Shown here: positions 26,431 through 35,703 of the stretch, piece after piece
How the letters are laid out: each line of letters opens with the position of its first letter
Numbering within the stretch: the first letter of the stretch is position 1
Sequence record: PQ471515.1
Direction: 5' to 3' (one strand)
DNA: 64,000 nucleotides
Program-made: the position numbers and the translations under genes
The notes under the pieces: generated by a model
What the model saw: only the letters and a program-made list of their open reading frames with translations
Databases searched by the model: none
Told to the model about the DNA's origin: nothing

Positions 26431-26653
26431 GTTAAAAGAACGATTAATTAAATCCAGAAAACTTACAAATCAACTTCCAAACGACACAAACAAGTCACAT
26501 GCCGAAAGGAGTGCAGAAGTTTTATACATTCAACTCCTGTACTTTCTTGGAACTGACAGACAAGAGTATTACATTGAAAGTATGCTTCGATATCTTAAAT
26601 TTTCTATAAAGGAAAAGGTACATGCTCAAGAATTTAAAAATCCTAACAGTTAA
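26396..26653 (+). CDS. family B paralog
   Basis: FLGTDRQE. Confidence 0.9.
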   Translation: MQMQMKYLTDDELKERLIKSRKLTNQLPNDTNKSHAERSAEVLYIQLLYFLGTDRQEYYIESMLRYLKFSIKEKVHAQEFKNPNS

Positions 26654-26864
26654 TGAATATCATAAGATTGTAATGAAAACTAATAGTGCAATTTCTAAAA
26701 AATCAAACCCAAAGTACATACTGGAACACACATTTGAAGAACGTCAATTAGCTTTAGTTGAAGCAAAACTTCTTGCACTCCTAGGAACAAACTATCAGGA
26801 AGAATACATCAGAAAACTAATATACCTTTTAACTAAACACATCAGGAAAAGAAAAAAAGCATGA
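26622..26864 (+). CDS. family B paralog
   Basis: LLGTNYQE. Confidence 0.9.
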   Translation: MLKNLKILTVNEYHKIVMKTNSAISKKSNPKYILEHTFEERQLALVEAKLLALLGTNYQEEYIRKLIYLLTKHIRKRKKA

Positions 26865-27091
26865 AGCACTTGACAGATGATGAACATGGGCTTATAGTAA
26901 TGGATGTAATCAACATCGAATACAAAAAGTTGATACGCTACCGTTGTTATGAAGATAAGCAACTCGTTCTAGAAGAACAGAAGTTGTTTCGACTCTTAAA
27001 CACAAACTACCAAGCACAATACGAAGAATCGTATATGTACCTTTTGGCGAGGAAAGCAAAAAGAGATTATGAAAATTTTAAGCCACAGTGA
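26861..27091 (+). CDS. family B paralog
   Basis: LLNTNYQA. Confidence 0.9.
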   Translation: MKHLTDDEHGLIVMDVINIEYKKLIRYRCYEDKQLVLEEQKLFRLLNTNYQAQYEESYMYLLARKAKRDYENFKPQ

Positions 27092-27284
27092 ACAAACAGA
27101 ATTGTTAATCTTTAATACAAGTAAATTCTTAAACATAACATTGTCTGATATAGATGATGATGAAAAAGAGTTACTTAGAGCAGATTTAAGAGTTCTTTTA
27201 TATATTGGAACTAACTTCCAAGAGCAATTCGTTGAGGACTACATCGATGAACTTAAAGAATCTGTACTGAGAACATGCAAATGA
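27069..27284 (+). CDS. family B paralog
   Basis: YIGTNFQE. Confidence 0.9.
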   Translation: MKILSHSEQTELLIFNTSKFLNITLSDIDDDEKELLRADLRVLLYIGTNFQEQFVEDYIDELKESVLRTCK

Positions 27285-27517
27285 AAATCCTTTCACCAAG
27301 TGAATACCACGAACTATTAAGTAGTTTAATTCTAAAATTGTATATAGCAAAGACCACAGATTTACCTGATGAAGAAAAAAATATTCTAATGAGTGAAATC
27401 TATGTTAATTCTACCCTAGGGACTAACTATCAAGAATGTAATATTAATGATTACATCAAAGAACTAAAAAGGTTTATCCAATGCAAATGCGAATCATTAC
27501 CGAAACAGAATACCTAA
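27275..27517 (+). CDS. family B paralog
   Basis: TLGTNYQE. Confidence 0.9.
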   Translation: MQMKILSPSEYHELLSSLILKLYIAKTTDLPDEEKNILMSEIYVNSTLGTNYQECNINDYIKELKRFIQCKCESLPKQNT

Positions 27518-27723
27518 CAATCTTAAATGGACTGTTTTTGAAGTTATTTGCCATTAACACATCAAAACTACCAGATACTGATAAAATTATTAAGTTAAAT
27601 GAAATCTATGTTCAAGCTACACTGGGAACTAACTATCAAGAAGCCAATGTGTATAATTACATTAATACACTCAAAAGGGTAATAAAATTAAAATGCACAA
27701 ACAGCCAATACACAAACCCCTAG
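27481..27723 (+). CDS. family B paralog
   Basis: TLGTNYQE. Confidence 0.9.
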   Translation: MQMRIITETEYLTILNGLFLKLFAINTSKLPDTDKIIKLNEIYVQATLGTNYQEANVYNYINTLKRVIKLKCTNSQYTNP

Positions 27724-27923
27724 GAACAGCAGAATACATTGAACTAATGGCTGCAAACTTCTCATCCTTTAAGAAACTGATGCAAGAATCAAATAATGAT
27801 TTAGAATATCATATCAAAAGTTCAGATTTAAGATTACTACTCACTCTAGGAACAGACAGTCAGTACAAATTCGTACAGGAGCATATTAGAGCACTTTTAA
27901 ATGGCATCAGGGATAAACTATGA
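27693..27923 (+). CDS. family B paralog
   Basis: TLGTDSQY. Confidence 0.85.
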   Translation: MHKQPIHKPLGTAEYIELMAANFSSFKKLMQESNNDLEYHIKSSDLRLLLTLGTDSQYKFVQEHIRALLNGIRDKL

Positions 27924-28135
27924 AGGAAATATCAAATCAAGAGTACTTGGCACTGTTCAGAAAAAATAGTCAAGAATTTCTGAATATTGATACAAGGACT
28001 GATATAAGTGAACTTCAGAAAAATCTTTTGCGTTCAGAGATGATAGTACTGACACTCTTAGGAACACAGCATCAAGAGAGAACTGTTAATTCACACATAG
28101 GTATTCTTATACAGATTGTACAGGAAAAGATATGA
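27920..28135 (+). CDS. family B paralog
   Basis: LLGTQHQE. Confidence 0.9.
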   Translation: MKEISNQEYLALFRKNSQEFLNIDTRTDISELQKNLLRSEMIVLTLLGTQHQERTVNSHIGILIQIVQEKI

Positions 28136-28353
28136 GAATCATAACACAACAAGATATTCTTAAGTTCACAAGGGTTCATGCATCTGAATTTGATGCTATA
28201 TTATCAAAAAGTTACAACAACCCTTATACAGAAGATGTACACTACAATGAATTATGGGTGTATATACTTTTAGGTACAGATCATCAAGAGCAAGCCGTAC
28301 AGAAGTATTTGACAGCTTTACGTGATGCTACAGCTAATGGAGTACATGTTTAA
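28132..28353 (+). CDS. family B paralog
   Basis: LLGTDHQE. Confidence 0.9.
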   Translation: MRIITQQDILKFTRVHASEFDAILSKSYNNPYTEDVHYNELWVYILLGTDHQEQAVQKYLTALRDATANGVHV

Positions 28354-28354
28354 T

Positions 28355-28606
28355 ATGAAAGTACTGACAGAATTAGAAATGTATCATAGATTTAACAAGT
28401 ACTATCATTTACTTAAACCTATACAGAGGATTAAGTGTCCCTTTGTAGTGAAACAGGTATTAATTTATGAGCATAAGTTATTTGTATCATTAGGTACGAA
28501 TGAACAAGAGTATTATTTGAAGTTGTACTTAATTACATTAATAGATTTAATTCACTATAAAACCACACAATCTAAACAAGCTAATAAAGAGAAATATGAA
28601 AACTAA
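28355..28606 (+). CDS. family B paralog
   Basis: SLGTNEQE; start at MKVLTE. Confidence 0.85.
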   Translation: MKVLTELEMYHRFNKYYHLLKPIQRIKCPFVVKQVLIYEHKLFVSLGTNEQEYYLKLYLITLIDLIHYKTTQSKQANKEKYEN

Positions 28607-28934
28607 TATACAACTCAAGGTTTATAAATCATTTGCAAGTACATACATCAAATGCTATACATGTAACTATGTAATGGACTACAAAGGTAAGCCATTTACA
28701 CTTACTTACGATAATACAAGAGGTTTTTATATATCTTTTGCTGATTACAAATATAACATATACGAACACATTGACATTGAAGATTTAAGTACTTTATCAC
28801 AAGAAGAATACTTTCAAGAATCATTAGTATGGGATTTAGAGTTCCCTATGTCATTAGTACATAAAATGATAGTACTAATAAAAGAAACTAAGCCTGTACC
28901 TAATGGTTATGAAGATCACATTATTGAGTATTAA
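28596..28934 (+). CDS. family C, short type
   Basis: LSQEEYFQESLVWD; close paralog of 28949. Confidence 0.9.
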   Translation: MKTNIQLKVYKSFASTYIKCYTCNYVMDYKGKPFTLTYDNTRGFYISFADYKYNIYEHIDIEDLSTLSQEEYFQESLVWDLEFPMSLVHKMIVLIKETKPVPNGYEDHIIEY

Positions 28935-28948
28935 TATATAAGGTAACT

Positions 28949-29290
28949 ATGAAAACTAATATACAACTCAACGTATACAGTTCAGAAGAACATACATATA
29001 TCAAATGCAGTCTATGTAAAGATGTAATGGACTACAAAGGTAAGCCATTCACAATTACTTATGATTCTGATGTTAATGATTTATATATATCATTTCTTAA
29101 TTACGAAAATAAAATATACAAGCACGTTGATATTAAAGATTTAAGTACTTTATCACCAGAGGAATACTTTCAGGAATCGTTAGTATGGGATTTGGAGTTT
29201 CCTATGCCATTAGTACATAAAATGGTAGTCCAAATGAAAGAAGCTAAACCGGAGTTTAACGGTTATGAAGAACACACAATTGAGTATTAA
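28949..29290 (+). CDS. family C, short type
   Basis: LSPEEYFQESLVWD. Confidence 0.9.
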   Translation: MKTNIQLNVYSSEEHTYIKCSLCKDVMDYKGKPFTITYDSDVNDLYISFLNYENKIYKHVDIKDLSTLSPEEYFQESLVWDLEFPMPLVHKMVVQMKEAKPEFNGYEEHTIEY

Positions 29291-29521
29291 ATGAAAAGAT
29301 TATCATACGAAGATTACACCAATCTTATCAGGACTTTACAACCACAAATACAACAAATAAATTCTCTTCCTATACCCCAAGAAGAACGTGCAGTACTGAA
29401 AGATGAGTTAATTTTAAAATGCACAGTAGGAACAAACTATCAAGCTGATAGTGTTCGATATTTAATTTGGGGTTTAATGAGTATAATAGAGAACAAAGCA
29501 GTTGACAGTACTCTATTGTAG
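29291..29521 (+). CDS. family B paralog
   Basis: TVGTNYQA. Confidence 0.85.
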   Translation: MKRLSYEDYTNLIRTLQPQIQQINSLPIPQEERAVLKDELILKCTVGTNYQADSVRYLIWGLMSIIENKAVDSTLL

Positions 29522-29530
29522 TGCTATAGT
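29502..29530 (+). promoter_or_regulatory. sigma70-type promoter at the left edge of the ACT-depleted block
   Basis: TTGACA-17-TATAGT with extended -10 TG. Confidence 0.75.
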
Positions 29531-29561
29531 ACATGAACGTTAATCATTAGGGTAGAAAATT

Positions 29562-29807
29562 ATGTTGAATTTTTTAAATTTCCTTATCGTCTTGTGTATT
29601 GTTCTTGGGATTGCACCATTTGTATTGTATTTCATGGATTCAGATGAAATGCAGAAGATGAATTGTACAAGGACAGGACAGAGTAGAGTAGAGACGATTC
29701 TTATGCCTGTTACGGTTATTGTTAACAACATGCCCATTACCAACATGGTCCCTACCCTAACGACAACGTACCAGTACTCTTGTACAGACGGAGAGAGGTG
29801 GAGATAA
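29562..29807 (+). CDS. membrane-anchored hypothetical protein
   Basis: N-terminal TM helix, two Cys in the C-terminal domain. Confidence 0.8.
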   Translation: MLNFLNFLIVLCIVLGIAPFVLYFMDSDEMQKMNCTRTGQSRVETILMPVTVIVNNMPITNMVPTLTTTYQYSCTDGERWR

Positions 29808-30130
29808 TGCGTAAGTTCAATTGTATTGTACGTAAGAATTCTTGTTACATTGTAGTAGCTGATTTTAATACGGGTTCTGGGTTGAAGATATTTGAGTACA
29901 GAAAATGCAATAATTCTTTTCATTGGAAATTAGGTGCAAGAAAAACAAATACAATTTCAGTACCGAATTTATGTTCTATCTCTGAAGAAGAAGAGTTTCA
30001 GTACTTGTTAGTACATGATGATTCTTTAGGATTTACATTTGTAGATATGAAGGAAGTACAAAAGCAGATGATTGCACATTGTCATCTTCCAAAGAATTTT
30101 GTTCAACGCGTATGTGAATTCTACATATAA
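29807..30130 (+). CDS. family C, short type
   Basis: ISEEEEFQYLLVHD; start at MRKFNC. Confidence 0.85.
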   Translation: MRKFNCIVRKNSCYIVVADFNTGSGLKIFEYRKCNNSFHWKLGARKTNTISVPNLCSISEEEEFQYLLVHDDSLGFTFVDMKEVQKQMIAHCHLPKNFVQRVCEFYI

Positions 30131-30139
30131 GAGAAGAAT

Positions 30140-30451
30140 ATGAAATTTAATATAGCAAAAACATCGAGTATATGTATTTTTGGTTATGCAGAAGAGTTAG
30201 GTGATATTGACATTCTTTTGTACAAAAAGGATGGTGTTATGCATTTCAAGTACCAGGATGAAGAGGCAGACAATTATCTTTTACCTAATTTAGTACAAAT
30301 GCAGGAAGAGGAATTATTCCAGTACAGCTTAATATACGACATTGATATTTGCACGATGCCAGTATTAATTAATATACAAAAAGTTATGCTCGATATGTAT
30401 GATAAGCTAATACAAGGTATGTCAGGGAGGATCATTGAAATCGATATATAA
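30140..30451 (+). CDS. family C, short type
   Basis: MQEEELFQYSLIYD. Confidence 0.9.
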   Translation: MKFNIAKTSSICIFGYAEELGDIDILLYKKDGVMHFKYQDEEADNYLLPNLVQMQEEELFQYSLIYDIDICTMPVLINIQKVMLDMYDKLIQGMSGRIIEIDI

Positions 30452-30647
30452 GAATTTACCTAATGAATATATGTTGAAGTACAAAGAGTTTATTAAAGAT
30501 GTATATGTAGATCCTTTCAATATCAAATTTGCAGAGTTCGAAGTATCATTTTATCTAGGGACAATAGTACAGGACCAATACGTTGATAATCTAATAAGGT
30601 GTTTGAAAAAGGAGATACAATGCAGACCCAAAGGTATAAAAAGGTAG
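30435..30647 (+). CDS. family B paralog (divergent)
   Basis: YLGTIVQD. Confidence 0.8.
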   Translation: MKSIYKNLPNEYMLKYKEFIKDVYVDPFNIKFAEFEVSFYLGTIVQDQYVDNLIRCLKKEIQCRPKGIKR

Positions 30648-30892
30648 ATTCTTTATTGTACGCTTCAAAGTACAGGGATTTTTGTTTACGCGGTTCTGGA
30701 GGGGGAGAGGAAGATTTCGCTCTGAGATTATCAGAATTCAATATGTTATTTTATCTTGGTACAAAAGAACAAGAAGATACAGTACAGAAATTTCTCAATC
30801 ACCTTGTACAAAAAATTAATATGCAAATTTTGATGCTTGAGTTACAGAATGAGATAAATGAATATGAATCCAGAAATAGTTCAGGATCTTAA
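30620..30892 (+). CDS. family B paralog (divergent)
   Basis: YLGTKEQE; start at MQTQRY. Confidence 0.8.
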   Translation: MQTQRYKKVDSLLYASKYRDFCLRGSGGGEEDFALRLSEFNMLFYLGTKEQEDTVQKFLNHLVQKINMQILMLELQNEINEYESRNSSGS

Positions 30893-31253
30893 AAAAGTAA
30901 TATTTCTTTTGAATACAAGAAGCTCTTTATATAAGGAGTTCCAAGATAAGGATGGTTCTTTTAAACCATTATGTATAGAATTCAATGATTTAATTACAGA
31001 TGCATTGTTTGAATTTTCAGAGAAATATCAAGATACAGTGTTCGGTGTTAAGAATGCTATTAATCCAAGGACAGGTACAAGGAAGATAACGTTATCTCAT
31101 TTTGCATTTGACAATAAAGATTTTTTCAGTTATAATCCCAGTACATCTTTATATTTTATTCCAAAAGGAGACAAGAATAGTCCTATTCATTACGGATGGA
31201 TTATATCTTATGTAGTGCAAGGGAAGGAGTATCCTATTAAATGGCACGATTAG
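30858..31253 (+). CDS. hypothetical protein
   Basis: 131 aa ORF in operon. Confidence 0.8.
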   Translation: MNMNPEIVQDLKKVIFLLNTRSSLYKEFQDKDGSFKPLCIEFNDLITDALFEFSEKYQDTVFGVKNAINPRTGTRKITLSHFAFDNKDFFSYNPSTSLYFIPKGDKNSPIHYGWIISYVVQGKEYPIKWHD

Positions 31254-31392
31254 GGAGTGAAGATTATAATATGAATATATTATTAAGAAATATTAATGCA
31301 GATTATTGTGTATGGGTTAAGAATAGAGATATGATGTATTATGATTTTTATTTAGATTGTGCCATTAAGCGTTTTTTAAGAGAAGAACATTA

Positions 31393-31575
31393 ATGAAAGA
31401 CGTTAATACAAAAGCAATAAATGATTTAAATGATTCTTTATTAGTAAGTATCAAGATGTATTACAATATACATTTAAAGGGTGGTATAGATAATTACAAT
31501 TATTATCTTTCATTAGTTACAATAGAACATTTAAATTATCTAGATCATTTATTACATCCAAATCCTCCATATTAA
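31393..31575 (+). CDS. small hypothetical protein
   Basis: ORF in operon. Confidence 0.6.
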   Translation: MKDVNTKAINDLNDSLLVSIKMYYNIHLKGGIDNYNYYLSLVTIEHLNYLDHLLHPNPPY

Positions 31576-31586
31576 GGAATACCAAT

Positions 31587-31916
31587 ATGAATAAAATTAT
31601 TTTAGCTCTAACATTTATTTTATCAATGTTCGCTAATACCGTACAGGCCGCTGCACATGATGTATATCAATTTGATTGCAGATTACAAAACAATGACAAA
31701 ATCGACATTTATTTGCACAATACAGAAGTTCCGTATTTGCAGATTGAGTCCACAAAGTACATTTATTTTGGTGAGAATTCAGTACAGGAATTTTTATTCA
31801 AGCACACATCAGAAGATGTGATTATTTCTTTGCAGTTCGTTGATAGTTCATTAACGCTGATGCATTTCAAAAATGAAAAAGGTTTAGTTACCGTGCTTAA
31901 ATGCACAAGGGTATAA
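31587..31916 (+). CDS. hypothetical exported protein
   Basis: Signal-peptide-like N-term, AAGGA RBS. Confidence 0.85.
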   Translation: MNKIILALTFILSMFANTVQAAAHDVYQFDCRLQNNDKIDIYLHNTEVPYLQIESTKYIYFGENSVQEFLFKHTSEDVIISLQFVDSSLTLMHFKNEKGLVTVLKCTRV

Positions 31917-31917
31917 T

Positions 31918-32478
31918 ATGAATGATATTGAGTTATTGGTACATAAGATTTGCACAATATCGTTAGTGCTGAACAATGCGAATACAGTACAGAGTTCCCT
32001 TTTAAGAATTAATAAAGTTGGGAGTAGTTTATATTTGGAAGTAAAAGCTGGTTTTGCAGGTCAGTACAATGATAAAATCAAAGAAGAAGTTAAGGGAAGT
32101 GAAGATGCTTTCATTGAGGTTTGTGCAACAGTTGGTTCAAATCCAATTTCAGTATCACCTTTAATGCGAAATGAAAATTCAGAATTTGATTCCAGTTTTG
32201 AAGGTTATTTGTGGTATAATTATGGTGATGATTATTTTATATATCAGAATTCCAAAACGGATTACAGTGAAGAAGGTATAAAATTCATTGATCCTTACAA
32301 TGAAGCAGAAGTATTTCAGACATCCCTAATATACAATACAAATCAAATGAAGTATCTTATGTTGTTTAGTACAATGCATTTGAATCCATTGAAAGATAAT
32401 TTAAAATTTTTCATTCGTTTAGAATTAGTTGATATTGCTTATGATCTTTTAATGCAAGGATATAGTTATGAAGTATAA
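31918..32478 (+). CDS. family C, long type
   Basis: NEAEVFQTSLIYN; paralog of 32555. Confidence 0.9.
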   Translation: MNDIELLVHKICTISLVLNNANTVQSSLLRINKVGSSLYLEVKAGFAGQYNDKIKEEVKGSEDAFIEVCATVGSNPISVSPLMRNENSEFDSSFEGYLWYNYGDDYFIYQNSKTDYSEEGIKFIDPYNEAEVFQTSLIYNTNQMKYLMLFSTMHLNPLKDNLKFFIRLELVDIAYDLLMQGYSYEV

Positions 32479-32548
32479 AATGCTGTATACAAAAGATATG
32501 ATTTATGTTGAATTAGAAGTCAATGACGATGTATCCATCAATAGGTAA
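32468..32548 (+). pseudogene. 26 aa stub of the 33051-type gene
   Basis: MKYKMLYTKDMIYVELE then early stop; shares a 36-bp junction repeat with 33032-33067. Confidence 0.65.
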
Positions 32549-32554
32549 TAATAT

Positions 32555-33061
32555 ATGAATGAGATAGAATTATTAGCACACAAGATTAGTACAGTAATGC
32601 TTATGCTCAAGAATAATCATTCTATGCATAAGTACATTTTTATAGGTGATTTACGCATAGAAGATAGATATGATAAATTATCGTTTATGTTTAAAGATGA
32701 AAGTAATGCAAAAGTTTGTTTTGCAGCATTTACCCAAGGCAATCCAGAACAAGCATCTCCTGTTATATACGAAAATAGTGAAGGGTATTTGTGGGTCAAC
32801 ACAAACGATTATTTCTTTTATGTTTTGAAACAAGATGATGAAGTAGAAGCACGAATTGATTTAATTGATATTAGTTCAGATTGTAGTGCTGAATTATTTC
32901 AGAAATCGTTATTATACAGTCCTCGTCAAATACATTATCTAAAGTTATTCAGTTCATTGTACGCGAATCCTTTAATTAAGGGTTTTAAATTTTATATCAA
33001 AATTCCGCACCTTTCAAACGTTTATGATATGTTAATGCAAGGATATAGTTATGAAGTATAA
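32555..33061 (+). CDS. family C, long type
   Basis: SAELFQKSLLYS. Confidence 0.9.
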   Translation: MNEIELLAHKISTVMLMLKNNHSMHKYIFIGDLRIEDRYDKLSFMFKDESNAKVCFAAFTQGNPEQASPVIYENSEGYLWVNTNDYFFYVLKQDDEVEARIDLIDISSDCSAELFQKSLLYSPRQIHYLKLFSSLYANPLIKGFKFYIKIPHLSNVYDMLMQGYSYEV

Positions 33062-33362
33062 AATGCTTTATACATTAACATTAATATATGTAGAATTAGA
33101 ATCCGATTCAGATGCATGGAATTTGGTTAAAGAGGTCGATACCAATCAATGGTACATGGCAAATTTAGACGCACAGGTTGTTACGGATTATTTTATAGAT
33201 TTTAATACATTATCTGAAGAAGAATTTTTCCAAATGCAATTGGTGGTTGACATGTACGGACATGACATGGTAACATTAAGAAATATACAGAAAGTAGTTA
33301 ATGAATTCCAAAGCAAGAAAGATTATGAGGTAGGAGCGTATTATGACATCGACGTACAGTGA
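33051..33362 (+). CDS. family C, short type
   Basis: LSEEEFFQMQLVVD. Confidence 0.9.
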   Translation: MKYKMLYTLTLIYVELESDSDAWNLVKEVDTNQWYMANLDAQVVTDYFIDFNTLSEEEFFQMQLVVDMYGHDMVTLRNIQKVVNEFQSKKDYEVGAYYDIDVQ

Positions 33363-33382
33363 AAGCAATGAGTACAATAGTT

Positions 33383-33709
33383 ATGAAGTATAAAATGCTT
33401 TATACATTATCAGGGATATATGTAGAATTAGAACCCGATTATCCAGATGGATGGAATTTTATTAAACGCTCCGAAAGAAATACATGGCACATGGCACATT
33501 TGGATAATGACGTAATATTAGACAATTTTGTGGATTTTAATACATTATCAGAAGAAGAATTCTTCCAAATGCAATGTGTGCTTGACACAAAAGGATTTGA
33601 TGTGCTATTATTAAAGAATATACAAAAAGCTGTTAACGAATTAATATCCAATGACGAGTTAGGCAAAGTGAGGCTGTTCCATGATCTCGAAGTACCGTAC
33701 CAGCAATGA
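33383..33709 (+). CDS. family C, short type
   Basis: LSEEEFFQMQCVLD; start at MKYKML. Confidence 0.9.
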   Translation: MKYKMLYTLSGIYVELEPDYPDGWNFIKRSERNTWHMAHLDNDVILDNFVDFNTLSEEEFFQMQCVLDTKGFDVLLLKNIQKAVNELISNDELGKVRLFHDLEVPYQQ

Positions 33710-34250
33710 AATTCAGTACACCTACGCTAATGCAATCCTAATGGGACAAAAGTTAGCTTGTATTGTTGCAGCCTTATATAATGTACAGAAAGCAGCACAT
33801 AATAAAAAACCATATACAAGAATCATTAACGCATTCATGGGGTTTAAACCATCTGATTTTGATTCACATATTGCGTGCACAAGTTATTTTGACAAACGAT
33901 TCAATACACCTGATACCCAAAATGCCCGTAGTGTTATTAGTCTTTTACAGTTTAATCCAACACCAGTTATATCAAAGAATGATTTGGATTACACATGGTA
34001 CAATTCAAATCAAGATTCATTTTATTCTAATGATCAATCGATTGAATATAATAAAATTAAATCAGAGGAAGCATTTTTTCAGGAATCATTATTTACACAT
34101 GAACGTTCTTTGTTTTATAGTGTTATGTTGAGTACAGTATACAATAGTCCATTACACAAGAATAACAAAATTAATTTCAGTTTTTGTGCTTATGCGATTG
34201 ATGGTGTTTATGAGTGCTTAATGGAGGTATTGAGTTATGAAGCTGAATAA
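33681..34250 (+). CDS. family C, long type
   Basis: KSEEAFFQESLFTH. Confidence 0.85.
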   Translation: MISKYRTSNEIQYTYANAILMGQKLACIVAALYNVQKAAHNKKPYTRIINAFMGFKPSDFDSHIACTSYFDKRFNTPDTQNARSVISLLQFNPTPVISKNDLDYTWYNSNQDSFYSNDQSIEYNKIKSEEAFFQESLFTHERSLFYSVMLSTVYNSPLHKNNKINFSFCAYAIDGVYECLMEVLSYEAE

Positions 34251-34578
34251 TACATTTGATATTAAGAAGTTAAGAGAATGGTTTTATAGTATTGAAATTG
34301 AAGCCATTCCTTATCATAGATATGAACAAAGTGATTTACAAAGTATTGATATCAGAGAGTTGTACAAATATTATCAGAGTGCATTAGAGATGCATAAGTT
34401 ATTTTTGAGTACAAATTTCATTTTGAATTACAATTTTGAGGAATTTAATAATTATAATTTAGTACAGAAATATGTAGTAGCAAAGTACATGTACAATCAA
34501 GGTATCAAAGGTTGCCTCGAATTCAATACCGTTCTTATTTTAGTTGAGGTAATTTTATGCACCGCATGTCTGATTTAG
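34237..34578 (+). CDS. hypothetical protein
   Basis: GGAGG RBS, in operon. Confidence 0.8.
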   Translation: MKLNNTFDIKKLREWFYSIEIEAIPYHRYEQSDLQSIDIRELYKYYQSALEMHKLFLSTNFILNYNFEEFNNYNLVQKYVVAKYMYNQGIKGCLEFNTVLILVEVILCTACLI

Positions 34579-35054
34579 AGTTCAGTTTAGATGCAGCCTT
34601 TAAATTTGTTCACAAAATAGAAACAATATATCGTACATTATGTGCAATAACATCAGTATCAAAAGAGTTTGATGTTGGTGAAAGGTATCAGGTGTGGAAT
34701 AATTCATTTTATAATAAAGAACATTCTGCGACGGCATTTTATATTTTAGCATTTAATCCCAGCAATTGTTACCCAGAGAAGCATGAACGTTATCCAAATG
34801 ACGACATGTGGTTTGAGTACAAAGAAGATGCTGATATGTCGTCAATTGTAGTTCCTGATGATTTTAATGCACAAGATTTAACAGAAGAGTGGTGGTTCCA
34901 GCAGAATTTAGTACATGATGATATTGATTTATTTTTCTATATTGCATTTAAAATGCTTTATCACAACAATATAGTTAAAGAAAGTTTATCGTTTTCATGT
35001 CTATATATTGATGATTTGTACAATGAAATTCAAATAAACATGCCTGTATCGTAA
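34566..35054 (+). CDS. family C, long type
   Basis: LTEEWWFQQNLVHD. Confidence 0.9.
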   Translation: MSDLEFSLDAAFKFVHKIETIYRTLCAITSVSKEFDVGERYQVWNNSFYNKEHSATAFYILAFNPSNCYPEKHERYPNDDMWFEYKEDADMSSIVVPDDFNAQDLTEEWWFQQNLVHDDIDLFFYIAFKMLYHNNIVKESLSFSCLYIDDLYNEIQINMPVS

Positions 35055-35070
35055 GATATGGGCTTTTTTT
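35042..35070 (+). terminator. intrinsic terminator
   Basis: GCCTGTATC-GTAA-GATATGGGC and T7. Confidence 0.75.
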
Positions 35071-35072
35071 GT

Positions 35073-35101
35073 TTGACACGAGTACAAATGCATGGTACAA
35101 T
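35073..35101 (+). promoter_or_regulatory. sigma70-type promoter
   Basis: TTGACA-17-TACAAT with extended -10. Confidence 0.8.
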
Positions 35102-35127
35102 GTGTAATCATTTTTAAGGAGATACCT

Positions 35128-35703
35128 ATGGAAAATTTTAAAATACCAGATGATTTCAATTCAGTACAAGAGATTGTACACAAGGTTCATTATATTTTTA
35201 ATGAATTAATTATTGCCAATTCATCCGGTATGCAAATTGAGTTAAAGGATATTGATAGAGAAGAAGTTTTTTTGGGTTCCCCAAATTCAATCATTCCTTT
35301 TTATGGACAAGATCGTTTATGGTTCATGAGAGATACCCCAATTGACAAATACAAAATACAAAACAAATCAGAGTTTTATTATATTTTTGATTGTCTTAAT
35401 ATTACATTACAAACACAAGATATAAATGCAATGAGTGCCATGAGTGCAGAGGATTATTTTCAGTACAGTACAGTGTATAGTCCAGAAGAAATCTTTGTTG
35501 TTATGCTCGTTGCAAAATTGAGTACAGTTAATTTTGGGACGTACCCAAATAAATCATTCAAGATTATTATTCCTGCATTCGTTGATCTTTATGATTTCAT
35601 TGTGCACAAGAAAGAAAGTACAGTGTACGATATGTATCGTTCAAATATCAGTTTATTTGCATCAAGTGCAGTAAATGCAGTGATTACAGGGGAATTAAAA
35701 TGA
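35128..35703 (+). CDS. family C, long type
   Basis: MSAEDYFQYSTVYS; AAGGAG RBS. Confidence 0.9.
   Translation: MENFKIPDDFNSVQEIVHKVHYIFNELIIANSSGMQIELKDIDREEVFLGSPNSIIPFYGQDRLWFMRDTPIDKYKIQNKSEFYYIFDCLNITLQTQDINAMSAMSAEDYFQYSTVYSPEEIFVVMLVAKLSTVNFGTYPNKSFKIIIPAFVDLYDFIVHKKESTVYDMYRSNISLFASSAVNAVITGELK

Noticed and set aside
22460-28606. Regular ~220-bp recurrence of GGAACAAACTATCA could look like a CRISPR or integron-type array
   Set aside because: The repeat is in frame inside intact ORFs (GTNYQ), is not palindromic, and the spacers are homologous coding sequence.
22460-28606. Family B N-termini as T4-style capsid targeting sequences (MKTYQEF...)
   Set aside because: Only MK and a Glu/Tyr are shared; spacing differs and no consistent processing site is visible.
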